Source of the DNA: Oscillospiraceae bacterium
GTDB taxonomy: Bacteria; Bacillota; Clostridia; Oscillospirales; Acutalibacteraceae
Assembly: GCA_022508705.1 (NCBI GenBank)
Contig: JAFLUO010000001.1
Span: forward strand, 1 to 37,390
Length of the DNA: 37,390 nucleotides
Direction: 5' to 3'
The notes under the pieces are model-generated. The model saw only the letters and a list, made by a program, of their open reading frames with translations, did not search any database and had not been told where the DNA came from. Of the stretch, positions 1 to 8,931 are shown in pieces. Position 1 is the first letter of the stretch. Each line of letters starts with the position of its first letter. The position numbers and the translations under genes are program-made.

Positions 1-2247
1 AAATCCGTGAGAAGCGCTGTTTTCTTTTTCACGGTTGTTTACTGCCTGCAAGCAAGCATTTGCCAGCTCTTCATCGTGCTGAGTTTCCATAAGCGGCCAT
101 GCACAGTAAAGATGGCTTATGTGGCGGTGTCTGTTGTTTTCCTCATACTGATTTGCGCACCATTCTTTAATAGCGCCCGTGCTGTCAAATAGGTAATCGG
201 GCATCTTATTCAGCAATTCAGTCCATTTTGCTACTCTTTCTTCGTAGCCTTCAAGCTTTGCATCATTTTCGCAGTCTATTGTCATTTGAAGACCGCTCTT
301 TGCGGCGGCAATGTCAATAGCGGCATTGGCGGCAAGGGTTGAATTGTAAACCGAACCGCCTGTCATGTTTTCGGGAGAATAGGAGGGGATAATCAAATAT
401 TTTTCGCCGTCATTGAGAGTTGTTTTGCCTTTCTCGTACTTTGCGTTGCCGTCTTTATCGGTGTAATATTCGGGGGAAACGAGCTGTTCCCAGAAATTTG
501 ACTGCATTGTAAGAAGGGGAACTAAAACGTCTTCAAGAAGTCTGAGCTCTTTTCCGTTATCATCTTTAAATGTTACATTGCCGTAGCATTGATACATTTC
601 AAAAATCGGCTGAAGCATCCAGCTCGTACCTGCATTCCAATACTGGAACGGGTACTCCTGACAGTATTCAGCACCTAAAGCGCCGTCGCCGTCACAGTTT
701 ACGGGAGCCATTAAAGCATCGTGCATGCCGTAGCATTTTTCTGCATTTATCTTCCAATCGTCAACCTGGCGCAAAATAAATTTAACGTAGCCTTCGCTGA
801 ATTCAATAAGATTTGCCGTGTTCATTCCCGAAGATTGAAGGTTAACGTTTGCATCCATTGTGTATTCGCTTCGCCAGCCAGGGTTCCATTCGCCCGTCCA
901 CATTCCCGAAAGACGGGTCATTGAATAACCGCTTGCGCAAACAGCGGCAAAACGTGCCTGCATATAAATTCTTTCCATAAGAGCATCGTTGATATCTCTT
1001 GAGAATTTCTGCTTGGTAAGAAGCTCTTCATTGGAAAGGTATCTCATAGCGTTTTCACCTTCACCCAAGGTAAAGGAAACGCGGTTGAACATTTCGGAAT
1101 GAATTTCTGCACTGGGTTTAAGTGCGGCATCATAATCAAATTTGCCATCAACGGTATATTTTTCCGCAACAGCTTTGCAGTCCTTTAAAAGAGAGTCTGT
1201 AAGCTCATAAGATGTTGCCGTGGCAAAGTCTGAAATATCTCCCATTGAGAAGGTGCGGTCGTTTTTGGTAATAAGGTAAACCTCGTCTGCATCTGTAATT
1301 TTAACGGCAGGGGATTTTTCACCCACATTTACTGCTTCATCTTTTTTAGACTCAATAGAAATCTTTTCTTTTGTTCCGCCGACTGTTACAATATATGTTA
1401 CGCCAGCATAGCCGCCGTCTTTAAGAGAGGCCAGCTCATACCCTGGGTAGTGTGCCACAAGGGTGATTACGGAAGCGTCGTCGGAAACGATTTTTTTGTA
1501 CTGCATATCCTTTTCATAGCCGTTTCCGAATTTATACATTCCGCTTAAATCGTCAAGAGAGAGTGTCATATTGATTTTTGCACCTGTTGACGATTGTGAG
1601 ATTTTTGTAATTGTTACATCATCTGTTCGGGAAGTAAAGGTGGTTCTTTCCCAAACTCCGTTTTTATCTTTGTAAGAAACGCCAACCTCACCCGTTTCAT
1701 AGTCTGTCCAGCGGATATAATCTTTAAAGAATGTGTGCTTATCCTGCGTAAGTCTTAATTGCTGACCGGGGTGGAATGCGTAGCCGTAATTCCATTCGCC
1801 GCAGCCCGAAACGTAAAGACTGTTATCAAGATTGATAATCTTTTGTTTTGTGCTTTCAAGCTCCCAAGTAAGATCGGGCAAATCGTAACGGTCACGGTTT
1901 GAGGGCATTATGTAATCAACATCCTGATATGTTATGGTGTCGCTGTACGGTGAGCCGGATGTTACAAATCCCAGCTTTCCGTTTCCGCCTATCATACCGT
2001 CACGCCAATATCTTCCAACGGTTTTCGTTTTAGAGTATTCCTTTACTTCGCTGTACTCAGTCGCAAAAGCCTTTTTTGTGTCGCCTTTCAAAAGCTCATA
2101 ATCTCCTTTTAAGGAATTTCTGTAAAGTGTAAGTGTGCCGTAAACGGCAGAAAATAAAATACACAGTGAAAGAATAACGCAAAGAAAAATCTTCACGGTT
2201 TTTACAATTACTGTTTTAATTTTATTCTTGTTTAGAATTATTTTCAT
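1..2247 (-). CDS. Glycoside hydrolase family 95-like protein (alpha-L-fucosidase type) with an N-terminal membrane anchor. Partial: the C-terminus runs off the window.
   Basis: Absent from the ORF track because no stop codon lies in the window. The minus-strand frame is open from the ATG (cat at 2245-2247) to position 1, 749 codons. An AAGGGG RBS lies 7 nt upstream. My translation starts MKIILNKNKIKTVIVKTVKIFLCVILSLCILFSAVYG (hydrophobic anchor). It contains GMWTGEWNPGWRSEYTMDANVNLQ and NRHRHISHLYCAWP, which resemble conserved GH95 catalytic-domain motifs. Confidence 0.7.
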   Translation of the reverse strand, partial: MKIILNKNKIKTVIVKTVKIFLCVILSLCILFSAVYGTLTLYRNSLKGDYELLKGDTKKAFATEYSEVKEYSKTKTVGRYWRDGMIGGNGKLGFVTSGSPYSDTITYQDVDYIMPSNRDRYDLPDLTWELESTKQKIINLDNSLYVSGCGEWNYGYAFHPGQQLRLTQDKHTFFKDYIRWTDYETGEVGVSYKDKNGVWERTTFTSRTDDVTITKISQSSTGAKINMTLSLDDLSGMYKFGNGYEKDMQYKKIVSDDASVITLVAHYPGYELASLKDGGYAGVTYIVTVGGTKEKISIESKKDEAVNVGEKSPAVKITDADEVYLITKNDRTFSMGDISDFATATSYELTDSLLKDCKAVAEKYTVDGKFDYDAALKPSAEIHSEMFNRVSFTLGEGENAMRYLSNEELLTKQKFSRDINDALMERIYMQARFAAVCASGYSMTRLSGMWTGEWNPGWRSEYTMDANVNLQSSGMNTANLIEFSEGYVKFILRQVDDWKINAEKCYGMHDALMAPVNCDGDGALGAEYCQEYPFQYWNAGTSWMLQPIFEMYQCYGNVTFKDDNGKELRLLEDVLVPLLTMQSNFWEQLVSPEYYTDKDGNAKYEKGKTTLNDGEKYLIIPSYSPENMTGGSVYNSTLAANAAIDIAAAKSGLQMTIDCENDAKLEGYEERVAKWTELLNKMPDYLFDSTGAIKEWCANQYEENNRHRHISHLYCAWPLMETQHDEELANACLQAVNNREKENSASHGF

Positions 2248-2313
2248 TTTCTTTCCCCTTATAATTTTGAAAATATAGTACCATACCTTATTGAAAAATG
2301 GAATAGTTATTTT

Positions 2314-2342
2314 GATATAAATCAGCATAGTTTTTTTGTCAA
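2314..2342 (-). promoter_or_regulatory. Candidate sigma-A-type promoter for the GH95-like gene
   Basis: On the minus strand: TTGACA (2342-2337), a 17-nt spacer, then TATATC (2319-2314), about 60 nt upstream of the start codon. Consensus match only. Confidence 0.35.
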
Positions 2343-2367
2343 AATGCAAAAAAATATTGGAAAGATA

Positions 2368-2396
2368 TTGAAAAAAAAATATAATTATGATAAAAT
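2368..2396 (+). promoter_or_regulatory. Candidate sigma-A-type promoter for the giant dockerin protein gene
   Basis: TTGAAA (2368-2373), a 17-nt spacer, then TAAAAT (2391-2396). A GGAG RBS lies at 2419-2422 and the ATG at 2432. An A9 run (2371-2379) spans the end of the -35 element and the spacer. Confidence 0.45.
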
Positions 2397-2431
2397 TACA
2401 TGATAATTTTTTTGCTATGGAGTGAAAGTGA

Positions 2432-5400
2432 ATGAGGAAAAGTTTTATCAAATCAATGGGAGTTTTACTTTCCGTTTTATTTGTGATTTCTGCATTTAAT
2501 CCGGCGTTTTCGGTGTTTGCTGTAGGTGAAAAAATCGTAATCACAGATTCTAACGGAAATGAAATTACCGAAAGAGTTGAGGTTCAGGAGTACAGAAGCG
2601 TTCAGCTTTATTATTCTGTTACTCCCGAAATGCCGGAAGGGGCTTATGTTGTATGGGAAAGCAATCTTCCTCTTTTGGCAGACGTTGACGAGAACGGTAA
2701 AGTAACCGGTTACGACTATTCAAAGGCTGCAATTATTCAGCTCTGGATAGATGAACAGGTAAGACCGACTCCGTTAGTAGGCGAAACAATGGCGAAAGCT
2801 ATTGAAGACGCTATTGCTTCGAGCGGTGTTGACCTTGAAACTGTTAATACGGATATACTTGTATCAATAGTTTCAGGCGTTGTCGGTGAACAGTTAGGAG
2901 AAAGCCTTCGTAACTATCTTGACAACATGAACGTTGTTGTAACGGCTACTCTTTACAGCGCTGACGGAGTTAAAATCGCAAGTGATACCGTAGACATTCT
3001 CGTTACTCAAAGTATAGTAGCACAGGCAATGCCGACAGGCGTTCACATTACAAACAAAAAGGTAGTGCCGACGACGGTAGCAGTCGGTACAACGGTTCAG
3101 CTTTACGGTGCAGTTACTCCCGTAAGACTGAAGCAGGGTGTTAAATGGAGTGTTGACAAGGGTCTTTTTGAGACTGCAAAAGGCGACGTTTCCGAAAACG
3201 GACTTGTTTCATTTACAAGTCCAGGTAAATTAAAGATAAAAGTCACTCCGTCAAGTACCCTTTATGCAGCATTTTCAGATTCAATCACATTTAACGTAGT
3301 TGCAAAGGAAGACCTTCCCGTAACTGATTTTGCAATCAGCGGTACGACGAGCATTCAGGAAGGTGATACGGCAAATCTTGAAATAACTAATGTTATTCCC
3401 GCCGGTGCATATACAGGTGACGCAGTTTGGGAAAGCTCTGACCCTTCAATTGTTATCGTTGACCAGGAAGGTAATATTACGGGTCTTGACGGCGGCAGCG
3501 GACTTATTTATTCTAAAAAAGCAACAATTACAGTAACGATAGGCGATGTTACAAGAAGCGTTGAGGTTGAGGTTAAGCGTGGCTTACTTCAGGGAAATAT
3601 TACTGATATTGATATTGAGGGTGAAGATGCTCTCGGCATAGGAAGCACCTCAAAATACACATCAACGGTTTATCCTTCAAGATATAATACTAACAGCTCT
3701 GTTGTAAGAGAGTGGGGCATTATTGACGATGAAGGTAATTATTTAATGGCTACATCGGCGGAGCCTGCAACAACTATGTACGGCTCAATAGATTCAAACG
3801 GTAATCTTACTGCGGCTGCAAGCGGCGTTGTTACCATTGTTGCAAAAGCAACCTTTAACGGTGTAACTCTTGAAAAGACAAAGAGCGTATTTATCGGTAA
3901 GCCCATTACCGATTTCAGCATTAGCGGCACTTTGACGGTTAATGCGGGCAGTACCGTTCAGCTTTCACTTGTTAACATAGCTCCTTCGGACTATGATGAA
4001 GAAATTCTTGAAACAATAAAATGGACCTCAGCAAATCCCAAAATTGCTACGGTTGATGAAAACGGTTTGGTGTACGGCGTTGACGGCGGTGACTATGGTT
4101 GGCGCGGCAATTCCCAAACAGTTGAAATTACTGCAACTGTCGGCGGCATTTCCAGAACGGTGACTGTAACTGTTAAAGCGACTCTTGTCAATAATTTAAC
4201 TCAGGCAAATATTGACGGCTTTGACTATGTAATTAAAGATTTTCCCGTTACGTTTAACGGCTCGTTCTCTCCTGCAAGTGTAAGTGCATCTGTAAGCTAT
4301 TGGGGCATTGTAAGCAATGACGGAGACGTTCCCTTTGATCCTTCGTCATCTGCCGCATCGGATGTGACGGGCATAAGAGGCGCAAAATATACTGAAAACG
4401 ATTATGCATCAATATCTGAAAACGGAACGGTTACAGCACTTACTCCCGGCGAAACCGACATTTACCTTTACGGCAGACGAACCACCACATCTAAGGTTAT
4501 TACAAGTAAGCATTTAAATATTATTGAAATAGAGCCTAAGAGCATTACTGTTACACATCCCACAAGAACAGAATATGTTGAGGGCGAAACGAAGCTTGAC
4601 CTAAGCGGGCTTAAAGTTGAGCTTACCTATGACAGAAGCGAAATAGAAAAATATTACGGCGACACCTCAGAACTTTATCAGGACAGCGACCTTACGGTTG
4701 AGGTTACCGATTACACGGTAGCTGAAATCAATCCGAAGATTCTTGATACGGAACAGTACATTGTTTTAACCGTTACAAGAGCAGGAAAAAGCTACCGAGG
4801 CGTATTTGCGATAACTCTTGCTTCCAAAAAGGTTGAAAGCATTGAGCTTACAAATCCCAGATACAGATATCTGGAAGGTGAGACCGAGCTTGACCTTACA
4901 AATCTTACGGTAAAAGCAAATTACTCAAATGCTCCGTCAGAAATGGTTGAAGGCTACAGAGTTCACACGGAAGATTTTGACCCGACTCTTTACAATGTTG
5001 AGCAAAATATAACCGTTACATATACTCACGAGGGCAGAAGTGCTTCGGCTACATTCCCTGTAATTGTTTACGGAATCCCCGTGGTATCTGTTGATACAAA
5101 CGGCTATGACGGCGAGTGGACTCCAAATAATATTACGTTTACTTTATCTGCAACAAATGAGCTTGACGGATTAACGTATTATTACAGAACAGAGGATAGC
5201 TCAGACTGGATAGCTCTTTCGGGCAATACCTTGGATATTACCACTAATTTACAGGATGTATATTATTTCAAGGCGATAAACAGCGAAAACGTTGAAAGCG
5301 CTGAAACGGAAGGCTTTGATGTAAAGCGTGATAATGTTACGCCGTATTTTGTCCTCAATAAAGAAATAAATACAGTTACTAACCAGAGCTTTAAAATTAC

Positions 5401-7423
5401 AATAGATAATATCAGAGTCGGTATTTCGGGAATTAAGTCAATAACCGTAAACGGCAAGGATATTACGGGCAGTACAGAGTTTTTAGTAACCGAGAATGAC
5501 GATTATGAAGTTACTATAACAGCAAATAACGGTCTTTCAAAAACACTTATAAAAACAGTAAGTAATATTGACCGTGATGCTCCGGTTATTAAATCCCTCA
5601 CCTTAAAGCATAAGCTTACAGGCGACAATGCCCGAGAACTCTCGGAAGAAGAATTCGGACTTTACTTTAATGAAGTAGTTGAGCTTACTGTTATTGCAGA
5701 GGATATAGGTGTTGCAAGCATTGACAGAATTGAATACCGCTTGCTCGATGAATACCGTATTCCCGTGACGGATGAATGGTCAATATACAGTTTATTTGCA
5801 AAGCCTCAGTTCTCACCGAATTTTAAAGGCTATGTTCAGGTAAAGGCATTTGATAAAGCAGGCAATGAGTCCGAAATAGTTTATTCAGACGGATTTGTTA
5901 TTGACGGTGATAAACCTACTGACGTTGAAATCAATGCCGTAAGCAAGGGCGAGCCTTATGAAAGCGGCAAATGGACATCTGATTCAGTAAGCATTTCTGT
6001 TGAGTCCTATGCGTTCTCAGGTATTTACCAATATCTTTACAGAATTGACGGCGGTGCCTGGACTGCAATGGATGCCCCTGAGGTTGTTGTCAGCGAAGAC
6101 GGCGAACATCTTGTTGAGTTTAAAACTGTGTCCTTCTCCGCACTTGAAAGCAACATTTCTTCAATAGAGGTTAATATTGATACTCAAGTTCCTGTTATCC
6201 GTGTTGATTTCCAGGGTACGTTTAACCGTTGGACCGGCGAGGATATGACGTTTATCCTTTCAACTCTGGAGCCGTCGCTTTCCGGTATTACATACTATTA
6301 TAATGACGGCAGCGGCTGGACTGAAATTACAACGGGTAATGAAATTGTGCTTTACGACAATATTTATGCCGAATATCAGTTTATGGCTGTAAACGGCGCA
6401 GGCACTCCAAGCGCTCCTTCAGACAGCTACATTGTAATGATAGACACGGTTGTTCCCACTGTTGAAGTCACACAAGAGGTAACAGACATAACTATTGACC
6501 CGTATAAGGTGTATCTGAATTACACCTGCGGTGTATCAGGTATTCAGTCCGTTACCGTCAACGGAGAGGATATTACGGGTGCAGAGTACTTTACCGTAAG
6601 CGAAAACGGAAGTTATCTTATCACCGTTACAGGTAATAACCTTAAAACATATAACTATTTACTTATAATTGACAATTTCTACGATTTGAATAATCCGGGT
6701 AACAAGCCGGTGCTTCACGTTACAGTTGAAGGCGCAATAGGTATCCGTACGGGTAACGACATTACGTTCACTCTTTCAAATCCCGACGGGCAGGAGGTTA
6801 CTTATTATTACGATAACGGCAACGGCTGGACTGAAATTTCGGGTAATACGTTAACTCTTTCCGAAAGTATTATAGCGGACTATAAATTCAAAGCCGTAAA
6901 CAAATACGGAGTTGAAAGCTATGAAAGCCCTGTTTACAGCGTTATTCTTGATAAATCGCAGAAAACAGGTGCAAGCCTATATGGCACCATTACACTTGCA
7001 GCTCCCGAAGGAATTGATACGGTAACTGTTAAAATTTATGATTACAGTACGGGCAGTCTTGTAGGTAAAAAAGTAGTAAATACAACTGACGGTTCATATT
7101 TATTCGACGGTGTAGAAAACGGCGCATTCATCTTAGTAGCCGAATGTGACGGTCATGAAGTGTTCCGCACTTATGTTTACGTATCAGGTGACACGGAACA
7201 GAATATTGACCTTTGTAATGGCAGAGAATTGTTAGGTGACGTTGACCTTGACGGTGACGTTGACTATGACGATTACAACTTAATGATTGAATATATCAAA
7301 TGTCTTATTACGCTTTCAGAGCTTCAGATGAGAAATGCCGACATCAACGGCGACGGAGTGGTTGATGCTATGGACGCATTTTATCTTGAGTTGTATTTGA
7401 ACGGAGTTAACATATTCCCGTAA
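2432..7423 (+). CDS. Giant secreted cell-surface protein (1663 aa) built of Ig-like repeats, with a C-terminal type-I dockerin and no recognisable catalytic domain
   Basis: Signal peptide MRKSFIKSMGVLLSVLFVISAFNPAFSVFA. Several Big_2-like modules (VVWESNLPLLADVDENGKVTG, AVWESSDPSIVIVDQEGNITG, IKWTSANPKIATVDENGLVYG). Two Big_3-like modules (YVEGETKLDLSGLKVELTY, YLEGETELDLTNLTVKANY). A module occurs three times (ITFTLS..TYYY..GW.EI.GN..Y.FKAVN). There is a carboxypeptidase-regulatory-like beta-sandwich (VTVKIYDYSTGSLVGKKVVNTTDGSYLFDGVENG). The dockerin has duplicated Ca-binding loops (DVDLDGDVDYDD and DINGDGVVDAMD). Confidence 0.9.
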   Translation: MRKSFIKSMGVLLSVLFVISAFNPAFSVFAVGEKIVITDSNGNEITERVEVQEYRSVQLYYSVTPEMPEGAYVVWESNLPLLADVDENGKVTGYDYSKAAIIQLWIDEQVRPTPLVGETMAKAIEDAIASSGVDLETVNTDILVSIVSGVVGEQLGESLRNYLDNMNVVVTATLYSADGVKIASDTVDILVTQSIVAQAMPTGVHITNKKVVPTTVAVGTTVQLYGAVTPVRLKQGVKWSVDKGLFETAKGDVSENGLVSFTSPGKLKIKVTPSSTLYAAFSDSITFNVVAKEDLPVTDFAISGTTSIQEGDTANLEITNVIPAGAYTGDAVWESSDPSIVIVDQEGNITGLDGGSGLIYSKKATITVTIGDVTRSVEVEVKRGLLQGNITDIDIEGEDALGIGSTSKYTSTVYPSRYNTNSSVVREWGIIDDEGNYLMATSAEPATTMYGSIDSNGNLTAAASGVVTIVAKATFNGVTLEKTKSVFIGKPITDFSISGTLTVNAGSTVQLSLVNIAPSDYDEEILETIKWTSANPKIATVDENGLVYGVDGGDYGWRGNSQTVEITATVGGISRTVTVTVKATLVNNLTQANIDGFDYVIKDFPVTFNGSFSPASVSASVSYWGIVSNDGDVPFDPSSSAASDVTGIRGAKYTENDYASISENGTVTALTPGETDIYLYGRRTTTSKVITSKHLNIIEIEPKSITVTHPTRTEYVEGETKLDLSGLKVELTYDRSEIEKYYGDTSELYQDSDLTVEVTDYTVAEINPKILDTEQYIVLTVTRAGKSYRGVFAITLASKKVESIELTNPRYRYLEGETELDLTNLTVKANYSNAPSEMVEGYRVHTEDFDPTLYNVEQNITVTYTHEGRSASATFPVIVYGIPVVSVDTNGYDGEWTPNNITFTLSATNELDGLTYYYRTEDSSDWIALSGNTLDITTNLQDVYYFKAINSENVESAETEGFDVKRDNVTPYFVLNKEINTVTNQSFKITIDNIRVGISGIKSITVNGKDITGSTEFLVTENDDYEVTITANNGLSKTLIKTVSNIDRDAPVIKSLTLKHKLTGDNARELSEEEFGLYFNEVVELTVIAEDIGVASIDRIEYRLLDEYRIPVTDEWSIYSLFAKPQFSPNFKGYVQVKAFDKAGNESEIVYSDGFVIDGDKPTDVEINAVSKGEPYESGKWTSDSVSISVESYAFSGIYQYLYRIDGGAWTAMDAPEVVVSEDGEHLVEFKTVSFSALESNISSIEVNIDTQVPVIRVDFQGTFNRWTGEDMTFILSTLEPSLSGITYYYNDGSGWTEITTGNEIVLYDNIYAEYQFMAVNGAGTPSAPSDSYIVMIDTVVPTVEVTQEVTDITIDPYKVYLNYTCGVSGIQSVTVNGEDITGAEYFTVSENGSYLITVTGNNLKTYNYLLIIDNFYDLNNPGNKPVLHVTVEGAIGIRTGNDITFTLSNPDGQEVTYYYDNGNGWTEISGNTLTLSESIIADYKFKAVNKYGVESYESPVYSVILDKSQKTGASLYGTITLAAPEGIDTVTVKIYDYSTGSLVGKKVVNTTDGSYLFDGVENGAFILVAECDGHEVFRTYVYVSGDTEQNIDLCNGRELLGDVDLDGDVDYDDYNLMIEYIKCLITLSELQMRNADINGDGVVDAMDAFYLELYLNGVNIFP

Positions 7424-7440
7424 TAGAATCACGGCTAAAA

Positions 7441-7472
7441 AAGAGATGCCCTGATTTCAGGGTATCTCTTTT
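7441..7472 (+). terminator. Rho-independent terminator after the giant gene
   Basis: Arms aagagatgccctga and tcagggtatctctt pair with one G-U, followed by a TTTT run. The next ATG (7498) is only about 25 nt away, so some read-through is plausible. Confidence 0.6.
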
Positions 7473-7497
7473 AATTTATGAATACGGAGCAACTTAT

Positions 7498-8868
7498 ATG
7501 GATACAACTAAGCTTAAAGATAAGTGTGATGAGTTAATACAGGAATATGCAAAGACATTGCAAAGTGAATATTATGTTGATTGTGTTGAGAATAAGAAGA
7601 GAGCGTTTTGGACAATCACACTGCAAACAGTAAAAATTGAGTTCGTATACACATTAAAAGGCAGTCTCAACGCTCCTGTCAGCACACTTTTTTGCTGTAT
7701 ATATTTAGAAAAAAATGATCCGTTCCCGTATCATATTCATCAGGTTATTGATTATTTGGGACTTGAAGATTATCATTGCTATACTTTTTCTTTTATTGAA
7801 AATGAAACACGGCTATGTGCGTGTTTTAACACAATAAAGGGCTTTTTAGACGATAACTTGCCGTCTATAACGAAGCTCGTAATCAGCGGTTTTGATTTCC
7901 ACGGTAAAAGAAATAATGAAGTAATGCGTGTAATGAAGCTGAAAAATGAAAGTGACCTTGAAACATTTGCACTTTCGATGACATTTGATAATCAAATTGC
8001 AAGATACGGTGATTTTCCTGCTTATAATTTCTTCCTTAAAGGGCAGTACGAAAAATCGCTTAAACAGTATTATAAACTGCAAAAAAGAAATACCCTTTAT
8101 GACTATGAAATAAAATTAGTAAGCTTAATAGAACACCTGTTAAAAACGGGTGAGCAGTATGAAGCAATAAAGCCTGAAACTGCATCAATGATAGAAGTGA
8201 AAAAGTATAACAATACGTCTAAAAGAGATGCTTTAGCCTTACTGCTGTCGTTTCTGATTGCATACAGTGTTCTTTTGATACCGTTTTCAATTGTTACAGT
8301 TATTGTTTTGAAGATAATTTATCAAGGAGCAATAATAAGTCCGGGCTTTGCAGAACAGTTAATATGGATTTTGCTGATTCCCGCAATGCCTGCCTTGGTA
8401 GGCGGTTTATTTATTATAGATAAAGTGAGTATACATATTGATAAAAACAGGCAGAGCGCACGCGATTTTTTTGAAATATTATCGTCGCCTAAAACACAAA
8501 AGGCAATTAGAATAATATCAGTAATATTATTTGTGATTGCGACAATTTTTTCGTATGCAATGACAGTACCTCGGGCAAAATGTTATGAAGAATATATGCT
8601 TTGCAATATGTCCGAAAGTGATTTTAAATATGACTTTCAAAGATATGATTACAGTGATATTGTAGAGATTTATAAAATTGACGGAACTTATAACAAATAC
8701 TCGGGCAAGATTATAGACAGAGAAGCGTATATTATAAGATTTAAAAGCAAAGATATAAATACTGATTATTATCTTGAGTTTAAAGATGTTGAACAGACGC
8801 TCATACCGCAAATAAGTAAATATTACGATGGCGAAATAAAGTACGCCAAAACAGATTTAGACGTTTAA
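7498..8868 (+). CDS. Hypothetical membrane protein (456 aa): a roughly 240-aa N-terminal soluble domain, 3-4 TM helices and a roughly 90-aa C-terminal domain
   Basis: Long ORF with a GGAG RBS 8 nt upstream of the ATG. Hydrophobic segments include LALLLSFLIAYSVLLIPFSIVTVIVL, LIWILLIPAMPALVGGLFII and IRIISVILFVIATIFSYAM. I recognise no family motif. The region is visibly AT-rich compared with its neighbours. Confidence 0.7.
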   Translation: MDTTKLKDKCDELIQEYAKTLQSEYYVDCVENKKRAFWTITLQTVKIEFVYTLKGSLNAPVSTLFCCIYLEKNDPFPYHIHQVIDYLGLEDYHCYTFSFIENETRLCACFNTIKGFLDDNLPSITKLVISGFDFHGKRNNEVMRVMKLKNESDLETFALSMTFDNQIARYGDFPAYNFFLKGQYEKSLKQYYKLQKRNTLYDYEIKLVSLIEHLLKTGEQYEAIKPETASMIEVKKYNNTSKRDALALLLSFLIAYSVLLIPFSIVTVIVLKIIYQGAIISPGFAEQLIWILLIPAMPALVGGLFIIDKVSIHIDKNRQSARDFFEILSSPKTQKAIRIISVILFVIATIFSYAMTVPRAKCYEEYMLCNMSESDFKYDFQRYDYSDIVEIYKIDGTYNKYSGKIIDREAYIIRFKSKDINTDYYLEFKDVEQTLIPQISKYYDGEIKYAKTDLDV

Positions 8869-8877
8869 TAAAAAAAT

Positions 8878-8926
8878 AACGCCGCTAAGACACACAAATG
8901 AATGTCTTGACGGCGTTTTCCTTTTA
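8878..8926. terminator. Probable bidirectional terminator between convergent genes
   Basis: Imperfect hairpin with arms aacgccgctaagaca and tgtcttgacggcgtt (two central mismatches). It has an A-run on one side and tttcctttt on the other. Confidence 0.45.
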
Positions 8927-8931
8927 CCTGT

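Noticed and set aside
7-924. Plus-strand ORFs 7-192, 570-779 and 721-924 from the track
   Set aside because: They lie antisense inside a continuous 749-codon minus-strand frame with clear GH95-like motifs and a proper RBS. They have low-complexity or odd composition and no RBS, so they are shadow ORFs.
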